64,000 nucleotides of DNA, taken from contig JAJPHS010000127.1 in the NCBI GenBank assembly GCA_021325175.1, positions 12,909 to 76,908 of the forward strand, written 5' to 3'. The position numbers were made by a program, and so were the translations under genes. Every line of letters begins with the position of its first letter. The stretch's first letter is position 1. This stretch comes from Terriglobia bacterium (lineage in GTDB: Bacteria > Acidobacteriota > Terriglobia > Bryobacterales > Bryobacteraceae). The notes under the pieces are model-generated. The model was not told where the DNA came from and did not search any database. It worked only from the letters and a program-made list of their open reading frames with translations. Of the stretch, positions 47,760 to 56,837 are shown in pieces.

Positions 47760-48431
47760 TCAGGTAAACCGCTTTTTCACCAGAAACCAGAGATTGTAGA
47801 ATCCGTCGCGCCACGGATTCAGTTTGATCTCTCCCAACCGCGACGTATATAAAATCGAGATCTCGGCGAAGCGGACGCGATTGCTTTTGAGCGCCTCAAT
47901 CTTGATCTCCTCGGAAAACGCCATGCCGTCGGAAACCAGTTTCATTCCCTTCAGAATCGAGCGGCGAAACACCCACATCCCCGATTGCGAATCGCGAACC
48001 CAGCGGAAATAGAGCGCGGACATGGCCATCGATAAAATCAGGTTGCCGAATTTGTGTTTGAAGCTCATCGCCTTCCGATCGCGCACCGGGAAGCGCGAGG
48101 CGTTCAGAAAATCGACATCCAGATGAAGAAATGCTTCGAGCAGATAAGAAATCGCGTCGGGAGGGTAGCTGTGATCGCCGTCGAGCGTCACGATCAGATC
48201 GCCGGTCGCCTTCGCGAATCCCGTTTTATAACTGCGGCCGTAGCCGCGCACGTTTTCGCGGATGACCTGGGCCCCCAGATTTTTCGCGACCTCCGAAGTT
48301 CGGTCCGTCGAGCCGTTATCGACCACGATGACCTGGTCGACAAATTCCGGCATACGTTTGAGCACGGACTCAATTCCTTGCTCTTCGTTCAGGCAGGGAA
48401 TGATGACGGTGATGCGCTGACCTTTATACAT
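47760..48431 (-). CDS. Glycosyltransferase family 2, polyprenyl-phosphate glycosyltransferase (Dpm1/GtrB-like)
   Basis: ITVIIPCLNEEQGI, VVDNGSTDRT, TLDGDHSYP. ATG 48431 (MYKGQRITV) is preferred over the track start 48572. Confidence 0.85.
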   Translation of the reverse strand: MYKGQRITVIIPCLNEEQGIESVLKRMPEFVDQVIVVDNGSTDRTSEVAKNLGAQVIRENVRGYGRSYKTGFAKATGDLIVTLDGDHSYPPDAISYLLEAFLHLDVDFLNASRFPVRDRKAMSFKHKFGNLILSMAMSALYFRWVRDSQSGMWVFRRSILKGMKLVSDGMAFSEEIKIEALKSNRVRFAEISILYTSRLGEIKLNPWRDGFYNLWFLVKKRFT

Positions 48432-48474
48432 CGCGCGGAAATAAATCCATAGAATAGCGTGCCGGACGTGTATC

Positions 48475-48939
48475 ATGAGTTCTATGAAGTTGCTTCCAGC
48501 TTTGATGATCGCGGCGCTCGGCGCGCAGGCGGCGGGAATCGGCGAGGTGAAGACCGTGTATCTTTTGCCCATGTCCAGTTCGCTCGATCAGTACCTGGCG
48601 ACGCATTTGACCTCCGGCAATGTGTTGCAGGTGGTGACCGATCCCAAGAAGGCCGACGCGATTTTGTGCGACCGCATCGGCGCGACGCTCGACGATAAGC
48701 TGAATGAACTTTACGGCAAGGCCAATCCCGAGCCCGATTCCAAGGATCTGGTCGACGCGTCGCGGCCGGTGGTGCAGTCGATTTCCCACGCGCGCGGGAC
48801 CATATTTCTGATCGATCGCAAAACACGCAACGTTTTGTGGAGCGTCTACGATCCGCCGAAATCCACCTCGCCCGGCGATTTGAACCGGGCGGCGGGAAAA
48901 ATCACCGCCAGGCTGGCCAAGGATTTAAAGGGCAAATAG
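48475..48939 (+). CDS. Secreted hypothetical protein
   Basis: Signal peptide MSSMKLLPALMIAALGAQAAG. 154 aa with no recognisable domain. Confidence 0.55.
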   Translation: MSSMKLLPALMIAALGAQAAGIGEVKTVYLLPMSSSLDQYLATHLTSGNVLQVVTDPKKADAILCDRIGATLDDKLNELYGKANPEPDSKDLVDASRPVVQSISHARGTIFLIDRKTRNVLWSVYDPPKSTSPGDLNRAAGKITARLAKDLKGK

Positions 48940-48941
48940 GC

Positions 48942-49511
48942 GTGCTGACGGCGCGCTTTGAGGACGCACTTGTTTACGCCACTCGTCTGCACGCGGCCCA
49001 GAGGCGCAAGGGATCCACGATCCCGTATATCTCGCATCTGCTGGGCGTCGCCTCGCTGGTGCTTGAATACGGCGGCGGCGAGGATGAAGCGATCGCCGGG
49101 TTGTTACACGATGCCGTAGAGGACCAGGGCGGCGAGCGGGCTCGCGCCGAGATTTTGAAGCGATTCGGGCCGCGCGTCACCGCGATCGTCGACGGCTGCA
49201 CCGATACGGATCAGGAGCCTAAGCCGCCGTGGCGGCCGCGCAAAGAAGTTTTTCTGGACCAGTTGCGCGCCGCGCCGGTGGCCGTTCGGCTGGTGGTCGC
49301 CTGCGACAAGCTGCATAATGCGCGAGCCATGGCCCGGGATTATCGTGTCTGTGGCGAAGCGGTCTGGTCGCGGTTCACGGGCGGGCGTGAAGGAACGCTG
49401 TGGTATTATCGCGCGCTGGTGGAAGTGTTGAGCGACCCTCCGGCTCCGCCGGTAGCGGAGCTGGCAAGAGCGGTGAGCGAGCTGGAGTCTCTGGCGGCGC
49501 CGCCCCTGTAG
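48942..49511 (+). CDS. HD-domain phosphohydrolase (SpoT/RelA N-terminal hydrolase-like)
   Basis: HLLGVASLV and LLHDAVED (H...HD...D metal ligands). GTG 48942, 2 nt after the preceding stop, is preferred over the track start 48837. Confidence 0.75.
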   Translation: MLTARFEDALVYATRLHAAQRRKGSTIPYISHLLGVASLVLEYGGGEDEAIAGLLHDAVEDQGGERARAEILKRFGPRVTAIVDGCTDTDQEPKPPWRPRKEVFLDQLRAAPVAVRLVVACDKLHNARAMARDYRVCGEAVWSRFTGGREGTLWYYRALVEVLSDPPAPPVAELARAVSELESLAAPPL

Positions 49512-49534
49512 CAGAGGCGGGATGCGTTTCGGAT

Positions 49535-51874
49535 TCAACCTCGCGCACGCATCCGCTCCAATTCCCGGCGATATGATTCGACAAGTTTCGCCGTCATCGC
49601 GCGCATGTCTCGCGTCGCAACCACATAGGCCCGGGCGCGATGCGCCAATTCCGCGGCTTTGGCGGGATGCTGCAATAATCGAACCACCCGCTCGGCGAAT
49701 CCCTCCGGATCGTCGGCCAGAGCGCAGATCTCGCCATCTTCCGCCGCGAGCCCTTCGGCGCCCAGCCTGGTGGAAACGACCGGAATTCCGGCCGCAAAAG
49801 CTTCAAGCAGCTTCACCCGCACTCCCGATCCGCTGAGAATCGGGCAGACGAATGCGGAATAGCGCGAAAGCGGTTCCCGTACGTCTTCGACGAAACCGAT
49901 CAGCTCCACCGCTTCCGCGCCGGGCAGCGAATGCCGCGGCGGAGGATCGCTGCCGATCACCACCAGCCGCGCGCGAGGCTCCGCCGCACGAATTTTCGGC
50001 AGCACGCGCCTCAGGAACCAATCGAGGGCCTCCACGTTCGGCACATGCCGGAAACTGCCGAGAAACAGCATCGTGAACGGCTCCCGGCCGGTGGGGCGAA
50101 ATTCGTAGCGCGCGGTATCGATGCCGGCGCGGAACTGCCAATCGATCCGGCCGCGAAGCTCCGGCAGGAACGATTCGAGGTAATCCGCGTTTTCCTTACT
50201 GCAAACCTGGATTCGATCAGGATGCGGCAGCATGCGCAGCTCATAGCGGATCGCGCGTAGATACTCCCAGCGGGCCTGTAGCCGTTCGGCGGGAGACTTG
50301 ATGAACGGAAGCCGCCGCGCGATCGATTGGAAGTAAACGCCGTGCTCGAAAAGAATGCTCGGGATGCGGCGGAACTTGCCCGCGTACTGCCCGAGCACGG
50401 TGTATTCAAGCTGCAAAACGTCGATTTGCTTCAGATAGATCTGGCGGTGAATCAGCCAGGCGAGATCGCGGGTGCGAAATTCGCGAACCGCGTGCGGCTC
50501 CGGCGATCCAATGGCCTTTTGCCGGGGCTCGCTTCGCTCGACATACTCGACGGAGGCGCAGATCTGTTCGAGCTCAGCGTGCGCTTTCTGCTCGCGGGCG
50601 TAGTCGAGCAGAACGATCAGATGGAGTTCGCATAGACGCGCCAGCTCGCGCACGGTTTGATACATGAACACGCCGCCGCCGTGAATCGGCGGGCAGATCG
50701 GGTACGGCGAAACGAAAAGCACGCGCAGCGGCTCGTGGTCAAGGGGTGCGAAGGTGTCTCGAAAATGCCCGCCGAGCGGCCGGCGAAAAGCTTCGGTATC
50801 AGAGATGATGGCGAGAGATCGCGCGCGGGCGCGGGCGCGAATCGCCGCGGGAAGCTGCAGCGCGGCGCGCGCGATGGCGGCGAAATTCGAGCGCTCTGGC
50901 GAATCCCCGCCAATCCAACTGATCATCGCGGTGGACCAGATGAAGAAGAAATTTGAAAGCAGCCGCGCGGGCTCGTGGATATTTTTCCAGGTGAAAAGAA
51001 TAAAGTTCTTTTTGAGAACCGATTGAATATAAGCGTCGCCGAAGCGGCGGCCGATGGTACCGCGATGCTCGTGATAGACGACGCTCGCCGGCTGATATAG
51101 AACCTTCCAGCCGCGCTTCCAGGCCATATAGCCGAGGTCGGTGTCCTCCAGATAAAAAGGCCGCAGCAGTTCGTCGAAGCCGCCGAGTGAAAGGAATTTT
51201 TTGCGGTCGAACGCGCAGGAGCCGCCGCCCCCATAAAAGCATGGATATGGTTCGGTGATGCCAGGCTCAATGCGATGCGCCACGCGCAGCGCGCCCTGTT
51301 GCCACCATCCTTCGGTGAGTCCGGTTTCCTCGCGCTTTTTGTTGGGGTCGGAAAAATAGATCTGGCAGGAGACGGCGAAAACATCTTCGTCGGTGAAGCC
51401 GGCAAGCAGGGGTTTTAAAAAATCGCGCTCCACCCGCATGTCGTTATTGAGGAGAACCACGATATCGTGACGCGCGTGGCGGACGCCTTGGTTCGATCCT
51501 CCGCCAAAGCCCAGATTTCGTTCGAGCGCGATCAGCCGCACGGAAGGAAAACGTTCGAGCAGGAACGGCGCGCTGCCATCCGCGGATCCGTTATCTACGA
51601 CGATGACTTCGCTGCCCGGGCACTGCTCCGCCGCGGCGAGAACCGAGGGCAGATATTTTTCGAGCAGGTCGCGGCCGTTCCAGTTGGGGATCACGATGCT
51701 CGCCGCGCGGGTGCTGGGGGCGGCGCCGGCGGGAAGAGGTTTGCGAGGGAAAAGCCGATGGATGAAATCAGCGCAAAAAAGCGCAATTCCGCTCAAAATC
51801 AGCAAAAATGGCGCAAAAAGCGCGATTGGCAGGTTTTTTAGGATGCGCCAGGCGGCCTGCAAGAACCGGCGCAT
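49535..51874 (-). CDS. Membrane-anchored bifunctional glycosyltransferase (N-terminal GT2 + C-terminal GT4)
   Basis: TM helix, then ASIVIPNWNGRDLL, VVDNGSADGS, LNNDM (GT2). Then VLFVSPYPICPPIHGGGV and a C-terminal GT-B half. ATG 51874 shares one nucleotide with the upstream stop (TAATG). Confidence 0.85.
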   Translation of the reverse strand: MRRFLQAAWRILKNLPIALFAPFLLILSGIALFCADFIHRLFPRKPLPAGAAPSTRAASIVIPNWNGRDLLEKYLPSVLAAAEQCPGSEVIVVDNGSADGSAPFLLERFPSVRLIALERNLGFGGGSNQGVRHARHDIVVLLNNDMRVERDFLKPLLAGFTDEDVFAVSCQIYFSDPNKKREETGLTEGWWQQGALRVAHRIEPGITEPYPCFYGGGGSCAFDRKKFLSLGGFDELLRPFYLEDTDLGYMAWKRGWKVLYQPASVVYHEHRGTIGRRFGDAYIQSVLKKNFILFTWKNIHEPARLLSNFFFIWSTAMISWIGGDSPERSNFAAIARAALQLPAAIRARARARSLAIISDTEAFRRPLGGHFRDTFAPLDHEPLRVLFVSPYPICPPIHGGGVFMYQTVRELARLCELHLIVLLDYAREQKAHAELEQICASVEYVERSEPRQKAIGSPEPHAVREFRTRDLAWLIHRQIYLKQIDVLQLEYTVLGQYAGKFRRIPSILFEHGVYFQSIARRLPFIKSPAERLQARWEYLRAIRYELRMLPHPDRIQVCSKENADYLESFLPELRGRIDWQFRAGIDTARYEFRPTGREPFTMLFLGSFRHVPNVEALDWFLRRVLPKIRAAEPRARLVVIGSDPPPRHSLPGAEAVELIGFVEDVREPLSRYSAFVCPILSGSGVRVKLLEAFAAGIPVVSTRLGAEGLAAEDGEICALADDPEGFAERVVRLLQHPAKAAELAHRARAYVVATRDMRAMTAKLVESYRRELERMRARG

Positions 51875-53124
51875 TACTCCTTCACCCGCGGACCGACGCC
51901 GGCGATTCGACCCAGCCTGACCCATCGCGACTGGCGCACCATCGCAAGCTGCGTTTCAAGGAAATCGATCCGTTTTTGAAGATTTTGCGCCCATTCGGTT
52001 CGTTCGATGACGGTAGCTTCGGCGCGATCGAGCAGGCGGACGGCTTCACTGAGCTCGGCTGACTTCGCGGCGAGCCCGGCGCTCAGCCGCGTTTCCGTGT
52101 CGATAGCCCATTGCGCCCGGGCGCGATTTTCTTGCTCTAATTCACTGATTTTTGCGTTGTATTGGTCGACAATGCGGGCGGCGTTGGCCTGTTCGGATTT
52201 CAATTCGTCTTGAAGGGCGGTGACGCGATCCATGGCGGAGCGCCACTTCGCCTCGAGATCGAGAGCCCAGCGATTTTGCTCTTCAAGATGATGCGTTTGC
52301 TCCAGATGCGCGTCTTGCAGCGCTTTATGATCGGCGATTAACTCATCCAGCCATTTTTTGGTTTGGGCGAGCTCGCTCTGAAGCAGCGCGATGTGCTGCT
52401 CGCGTTCCCGCAAAAGATTGGCGGCGCGAGGAACATAGACGAATGGGCGCGCGTCGCCCGGCGGCGCAGCGGAACAGACGGCGACAAAGAAATTTGCTTC
52501 GTCCGCGCGCAGGGCGGCCAGCGGCAAATGCGCTTCGGGTCCGCTGGCGTCGGCCGCGGCCGGCGCGAAGGTGAAAGATTCCTGCCGGTTTTGCAGGAAT
52601 ATCACGACGTTGGGAAAAGACCGGGCAAGCACGTCGCGAAACTCTTCGAACTCGAATTCGTGGACGTGGAACGGATTCGGCCCGTGCTCGCCGCGCGATT
52701 GCGTGTAATAGAGCTTGTTCGGAGTCGAAACAAGAAATACGCCGTGGGCTTGGAGGACGCGAGCGGCTTCCTTCACGAGATCCGGCCATTCGGCAAGATG
52801 CTCGATCACTTCGAACGCCGTGATGAGTTCAAACGAGCGATCGGCGAACGGCAGGCTGGTCGCGGAGGCCTGAAGAAATCGGACGTTGGCGCGCTGATAG
52901 TGAGCCTGCGCATAGGCGACTGCTTCGTGCGAGGAATCAATTCCCACGGCGAAGCGGGCGCGTTTTGCGATTTCGGCAACGCCGTAGCCGGAGCCGCAGC
53001 CGAGGTCGAGCGCTCGCGAATGATGCGCATAGCGAAGCGCGAAAGCGTAGCGCGCGGCATGTTCCGCCCAGAGGTCGTCGTTCACCTCGCCGGGAATGAC
53101 CCGCTCGCCCGTAAATTCGATCAC
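51874..53124 (-). CDS. Class I SAM-dependent methyltransferase with a long C-terminal coiled coil (WbdD-like chain terminator candidate)
   Basis: LDLGCGSGYG SAM motif I, then about 170 aa of heptad-rich sequence (LLQSELAQTKKWLDELIADHKALQDAHLEQTHHLEEQNRWALDLEAKW...). Confidence 0.85.
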   Translation of the reverse strand: MIEFTGERVIPGEVNDDLWAEHAARYAFALRYAHHSRALDLGCGSGYGVAEIAKRARFAVGIDSSHEAVAYAQAHYQRANVRFLQASATSLPFADRSFELITAFEVIEHLAEWPDLVKEAARVLQAHGVFLVSTPNKLYYTQSRGEHGPNPFHVHEFEFEEFRDVLARSFPNVVIFLQNRQESFTFAPAAADASGPEAHLPLAALRADEANFFVAVCSAAPPGDARPFVYVPRAANLLREREQHIALLQSELAQTKKWLDELIADHKALQDAHLEQTHHLEEQNRWALDLEAKWRSAMDRVTALQDELKSEQANAARIVDQYNAKISELEQENRARAQWAIDTETRLSAGLAAKSAELSEAVRLLDRAEATVIERTEWAQNLQKRIDFLETQLAMVRQSRWVRLGRIAGVGPRVKE

Positions 53125-54410
53125 AGCGCGGCGGCTCCGGCGGAGATTTTTGAGTTGATCTCCACGCGGCAGGGAAAGTGGAATTGCCCGTAGATGGGCG
53201 CGCCGGAACGGGCCATCTGGAGCACGACGGCGTTATCGATCCAATCGCACATCGAATAGTGCTCGAGGGTGCCGTCGGCGATGGCCGGGGAGAAAGAAAA
53301 TGACGCGGCGTAAAGCGCGGGAAGCTCAATATAAAAATCGACGGTGCAGACTTCTCCGGCCGGCAGCGGCGGTAGCGAATAACCCTCGCGCTCCGTATTG
53401 GTGCCGGCGAAATCGACGCCCAGATGATTCCGGAACATGAAGCCGATGATAGGGCGATCTAGATTAGCCTTGGCTCGCGCGCTGATCCGGACCACCACCG
53501 TGGAAGAGGGTTGAAGCTCGGTGATTTTGCGGCCGGACTCGTCAAAAACGGCTATGCCCAGGATTTCGGCGCGGCCGTCGCCGAAGCGGTGATCGATATT
53601 GGGAATCTCCTCGACGATCTCGGGTGGTGGTTTGTAAGCGGCGGCGGAGGTGACCGGCGCGTGGTCTCGGTAACGGTCGTCTTTTGCCGCCATCGCCGCC
53701 ATGTATTGAGCGACAACGAGGTCCGTTTTTCCGATGGCCATGACGCGGCCCCGCTCCAGCCACATTGCCCGGTCGCCCAGGGCTTTGACGTCGCCTGTCG
53801 AATGGGAAACGAACAAGATCGTGATGCCGCGCGAGCGAAGTTCGTGAACCTTTCTCATACAGCGCTGCCGGAAGTAGATGTCGCCCACCGAAAGAGCTTC
53901 ATCGACGAGCAATATTTCGGGATCGAGGTGAATGGCGACCGCGAATGCCAGGCGGACCACCATTCCACTCGAATAAGTCTTGACGGGCTGGCGAATGAAT
54001 TCGCCGATTTCGGCGAAGGCTTCGATTTGGGGAAATCTTCGATCCATCTCCTTAGTGGATAGACCAAGGATTGCGCCGTTGAGATAAACATTGTCGCGTC
54101 CGGAAAATTCGGGATCGAAGCCGGAGCCGAGTTCGAGCAGAGCGGCGACGCGGCCGTTCACTTTCACTTGTCCGGCGGTCGGTTGAAGAATACCGGCGCA
54201 AATTTGCAGAAGGGTGCTTTTTCCCGAACCGTTTTCTCCGACGATGCAAAACGTTGCGCCGGCTTCGACTTCAAAGGAGACGTCGCGTAGGGCCCAATAG
54301 TCCGTGTGGAACTGTCGGCGCTGGAAAGTGGCGAGTTCCTTGAGCCGGTCACCCGAGGAGGCATAGATCGAATAACTCTTCGAAACTTGGGCGAATTCGA
54401 CGGCGGGCAC
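53121..54410 (-). CDS. wzt: Polysaccharide/O-antigen ABC exporter ATP-binding protein Wzt with C-terminal extension (glycan-binding-type domain)
   Basis: FWALRDVSFEV-type lead-in, Walker A GENGSGKST, LELGSGFDPEFSGRDN, YSSGMVVRLAFAV, LLVDEALSVGD. About 190-aa C-terminal beta-rich domain. GTG 54410 is preferred because the track start 54503 runs into the tRNA-Met promoter. Confidence 0.88.
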   Translation of the reverse strand: MPAVEFAQVSKSYSIYASSGDRLKELATFQRRQFHTDYWALRDVSFEVEAGATFCIVGENGSGKSTLLQICAGILQPTAGQVKVNGRVAALLELGSGFDPEFSGRDNVYLNGAILGLSTKEMDRRFPQIEAFAEIGEFIRQPVKTYSSGMVVRLAFAVAIHLDPEILLVDEALSVGDIYFRQRCMRKVHELRSRGITILFVSHSTGDVKALGDRAMWLERGRVMAIGKTDLVVAQYMAAMAAKDDRYRDHAPVTSAAAYKPPPEIVEEIPNIDHRFGDGRAEILGIAVFDESGRKITELQPSSTVVVRISARAKANLDRPIIGFMFRNHLGVDFAGTNTEREGYSLPPLPAGEVCTVDFYIELPALYAASFSFSPAIADGTLEHYSMCDWIDNAVVLQMARSGAPIYGQFHFPCRVEINSKISAGAAAL

Positions 54411-54478
54411 TATTGCGATTGTAAGGCGTGAGGAGCGCGCCGGGCAATCGTAATATTCAGACCTTCTTATCTGTATAC

Positions 54479-54508
54479 TTGACAGAATTCGGGCACGCTG
54501 CATACGCT
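54479..54508 (+). promoter_or_regulatory. Putative promoter of tRNA-Met
   Basis: TTGACA (54479-54484), 18-nt spacer, TACGCT (54503-54508), about 10 nt before the tRNA 5' end. Confidence 0.4.
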
Positions 54509-54518
54509 GGTAGTTAAC

Positions 54519-54595
54519 GCCGGTGTAGCTCAGGTGGTTAGAGCGACGGTCTCATAATCCGTAGGTCGCAGGTTCGACTCCTGCCGCCGGCACCA
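54519..54595 (+). tRNA. tRNA-Met (anticodon CAT; elongator type, tRNA-Ile2/lysidine not excluded), CCA encoded
   Basis: GCCGGTGTAGCTCAGGTGGTTAGAGCGACGGTCTCATAATCCGTAGGTCGCAGGTTCGACTCCTGCCGCCGGCACCA. Cloverleaf folds by hand. The anticodon stem lacks the GGG/CCC of initiator tRNA. Confidence 0.9.
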
Positions 54596-54600
54596 GCTTT

Positions 54601-55500
54601 TCAGTGATTTTCGCCGCTGATGTGCTGAAAGATCCTATCTAACTCAGCCTGAGAGTAATACTCGATTTCGATACGGCCGCGCTGCTCGGTCAACTCGACG
54701 ATACGAACGCGCGTGCCTAAGACCCGTTCGAGTTGATCGGCCGCCGCTTTGACATTTGGGTCCTGTTGCGTAGTCGACTTGGCCCGGCCTTTGGTGGGCC
54801 GCTCGGCCGTAAGATTCTGAACGAGCGCTTCGACCTGCCGCACCGACATCCCCTGCGCGGCGGCCTTCTCGGCTACCTCGATTTGGCTTTCGGCTGTCGC
54901 CAAGCCTAAAATCGCCCGGGCATGCCCCATCGAGATTCGTTGAGCTACTAAAAGATTCTGAACATCTTGCGGGAGCTTCAGCAATCGAATCGTGTTTACC
55001 ACTGACGTCCGGTCTTTTCCAGTGCGGCGCGCGATCTCTTCATGAGAGAGTCCCATCTCACGATGAAGACGGTCATAGGCGTGGGCGATTTCGAGAGGAT
55101 TGAGGTCCTCGCGCTGGAGGTTTTCGATTAAAGCGAGCTCCAGAAGATTTGTGTCGGCAACGTCCTGCACGACAACGGGCACCTCGGTTAATCCTGCGAG
55201 CTGGGCGGCGCGCCATCGGCGCTCTCCGGCCACGATCTGGTATCCGGTCCCGGACCGGCGGACGATCAGCGGTTGAATGATGCCATTGGCGCGAATTGAC
55301 GTGGCGAGTTCCTCAAGCCGGTCTCGTTGGAATATTGTCCGCGGTTGATCGGGATTTGGTTCAATTTCCGCGATAGGCAAGCTGGCCGCTTTCTGTTCCG
55401 ACGGCTGCTGTTTCGGCGGCGGTGATGGGGCGCGCGCCGGAAGAAGCGCGGAAAGTCCCTTACCGAGCGCTTTGCGTTGCTTGTCGCCGACGGCGTTCAT
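54601..55500 (-). CDS. parB: Chromosome partitioning protein ParB
   Basis: ALGKGLSALL N-terminal box, GIIQPLIVR, IVAGERRWRAAQLAGL, HTH region. Confidence 0.94.
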   Translation of the reverse strand: MNAVGDKQRKALGKGLSALLPARAPSPPPKQQPSEQKAASLPIAEIEPNPDQPRTIFQRDRLEELATSIRANGIIQPLIVRRSGTGYQIVAGERRWRAAQLAGLTEVPVVVQDVADTNLLELALIENLQREDLNPLEIAHAYDRLHREMGLSHEEIARRTGKDRTSVVNTIRLLKLPQDVQNLLVAQRISMGHARAILGLATAESQIEVAEKAAAQGMSVRQVEALVQNLTAERPTKGRAKSTTQQDPNVKAAADQLERVLGTRVRIVELTEQRGRIEIEYYSQAELDRIFQHISGENH

Positions 55501-56254
55501 TCTCTAAGATCTCCTTCGCAAGTTTTATATAGCTTTCTGCCCCACGTGATCGGGGATCGTAAAGCAGGATGGGTTTGCCAAAGCTCGGTGCCTCAGCCAG
55601 CCGGATGCTGCGGGGGATAACGGTCGAAAGCACATCCCGCTCAAAAAATTCTTTGAGATCGTCCGCTACTTGACGCGTCAAATTCGTGCGATCGTCGTAC
55701 ATGGTTAAAAGAATTCCTTCGATCTGAATGGGATGTGAGAAGGATTCGCGCACGCGGTCGATGGTATCCATGAGTTGGGAGATTCCTTCGAGTGCGAAAA
55801 ATTCGCATTGGATCGGAATAAGCACCGAATCGGCGGCTAACAAGGCATTGAGTGTCAAGAGATCGAGAGCTGGCGGACAGTCGATTAAGATGTAATCGTA
55901 TTCGTCGAGCACTGGCCGAAGCGCTTTAGAGAGACGATATTCGCGGTCGTCCAGGTCCACTAGATCCAAGTTCGCCGCAACCAGATTCTTGTCTGCGGGA
56001 ATAATTGAAAGGCCATCGTACTCAGTCGTCTGAATGGTTTCCGATGCGGCCACGCCATTTAATAGTGCCTGATAGAACGTCGGTTTCTCACTGGATTTCT
56101 CAATTCCCAGGCCGGTCGTGCAGTTGCCCTGCGGGTCGGAGTCGACAAGCAAAATTCGAAGGTCGTTAGCCGCGAGCGACGCTCCCAAATTGATCGCGGT
56201 AGTGGTTTTGCCTACGCCGCCTTTTTGATTCGTAATCGCGATAACCTTTGCCAC
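55460..56254 (-). CDS. parA: Chromosome partitioning ATPase ParA/Soj
   Basis: Deviant Walker A NQKGGVGKTTT. GTG 56254, immediately after the rsmG stop, is preferred over the track start 56326. Confidence 0.94.
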   Translation of the reverse strand: MAKVIAITNQKGGVGKTTTAINLGASLAANDLRILLVDSDPQGNCTTGLGIEKSSEKPTFYQALLNGVAASETIQTTEYDGLSIIPADKNLVAANLDLVDLDDREYRLSKALRPVLDEYDYILIDCPPALDLLTLNALLAADSVLIPIQCEFFALEGISQLMDTIDRVRESFSHPIQIEGILLTMYDDRTNLTRQVADDLKEFFERDVLSTVIPRSIRLAEAPSFGKPILLYDPRSRGAESYIKLAKEILENERRRRQATQSAR

Positions 56255-56255
56255 T

Positions 56256-56837
56256 TCAGTGGATCTTATCACGTTCCACGTGAAACTGGGCAATGACCCG
56301 GTTCCGAGTACCGGGAACCGGAACAATCTGGAAGGGTTTGGGTAAACGTAGCAGCTCCTCAGCGGTCATGAAAATGGCGGAATGAAAAGCCACATTTAAA
56401 GAAAGTAAATCGGAAGGTCGAACGCCACGGCCGACCAGCCAATCGAACCCGCCCGCAATCTTCTCAGCTCGCCCCACAATGACAGAGATGTTTTCCAAGC
56501 CGCGAGCAGCCTCTCTCAAAAAAACGCCCTTGCGCTGATGCGCCTCGACCAATGTAACCTCGCACTCAGGCCGCGCGATTGCAAGGGGAATGCCCGGAAA
56601 ACCGGCGCCAGAGCCTACGTCCACAATACGCAGATCGCCACGCGGCAGAACGGACCCAATAAAAAGGGACTCGCAGTAATGCAACTGAACCACCTCGAAA
56701 AAAGACGAGATGCTGGTCAGGTTCAAATTTCGATTCCACTTGTACAACAAGTCGTAGTGCCGTTCTAACTGAGTAAGTTGTACCGGACTGAGCTGAATCC
56801 AGGAGCACGTCCGAACCAGAGCATCCTGAAAAGTCAT
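56256..56837 (-). CDS. rsmG: 16S rRNA (guanine527-N7)-methyltransferase RsmG
   Basis: [18 protein letters not shown] motif. Position between mnmG and parA. ATGA overlap with the mnmG stop. Confidence 0.9.
   Translation of the reverse strand: MTFQDALVRTCSWIQLSPVQLTQLERHYDLLYKWNRNLNLTSISSFFEVVQLHYCESLFIGSVLPRGDLRIVDVGSGAGFPGIPLAIARPECEVTLVEAHQRKGVFLREAARGLENISVIVGRAEKIAGGFDWLVGRGVRPSDLLSLNVAFHSAIFMTAEELLRLPKPFQIVPVPGTRNRVIAQFHVERDKIH
56273..56286. promoter_or_regulatory. parS-like centromere site
   Basis: GTTCCACGTGAAAC, one mismatch from the core of the consensus tGTTTCACGTGAAACa. Lies in the 3' end of rsmG just upstream of parA. Confidence 0.6.

Noticed and set aside
43707-54595. Glycan locus flanked by tRNA-Met, considered as a horizontally acquired island integrated at the tRNA.
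   Set aside because: The locus lies on the 5' side of the plus-strand tRNA, whereas integrases target the 3' end. I found no integrase, no direct repeat of the tRNA end, and no obvious compositional break by eye. Compositional statistics could still be run.
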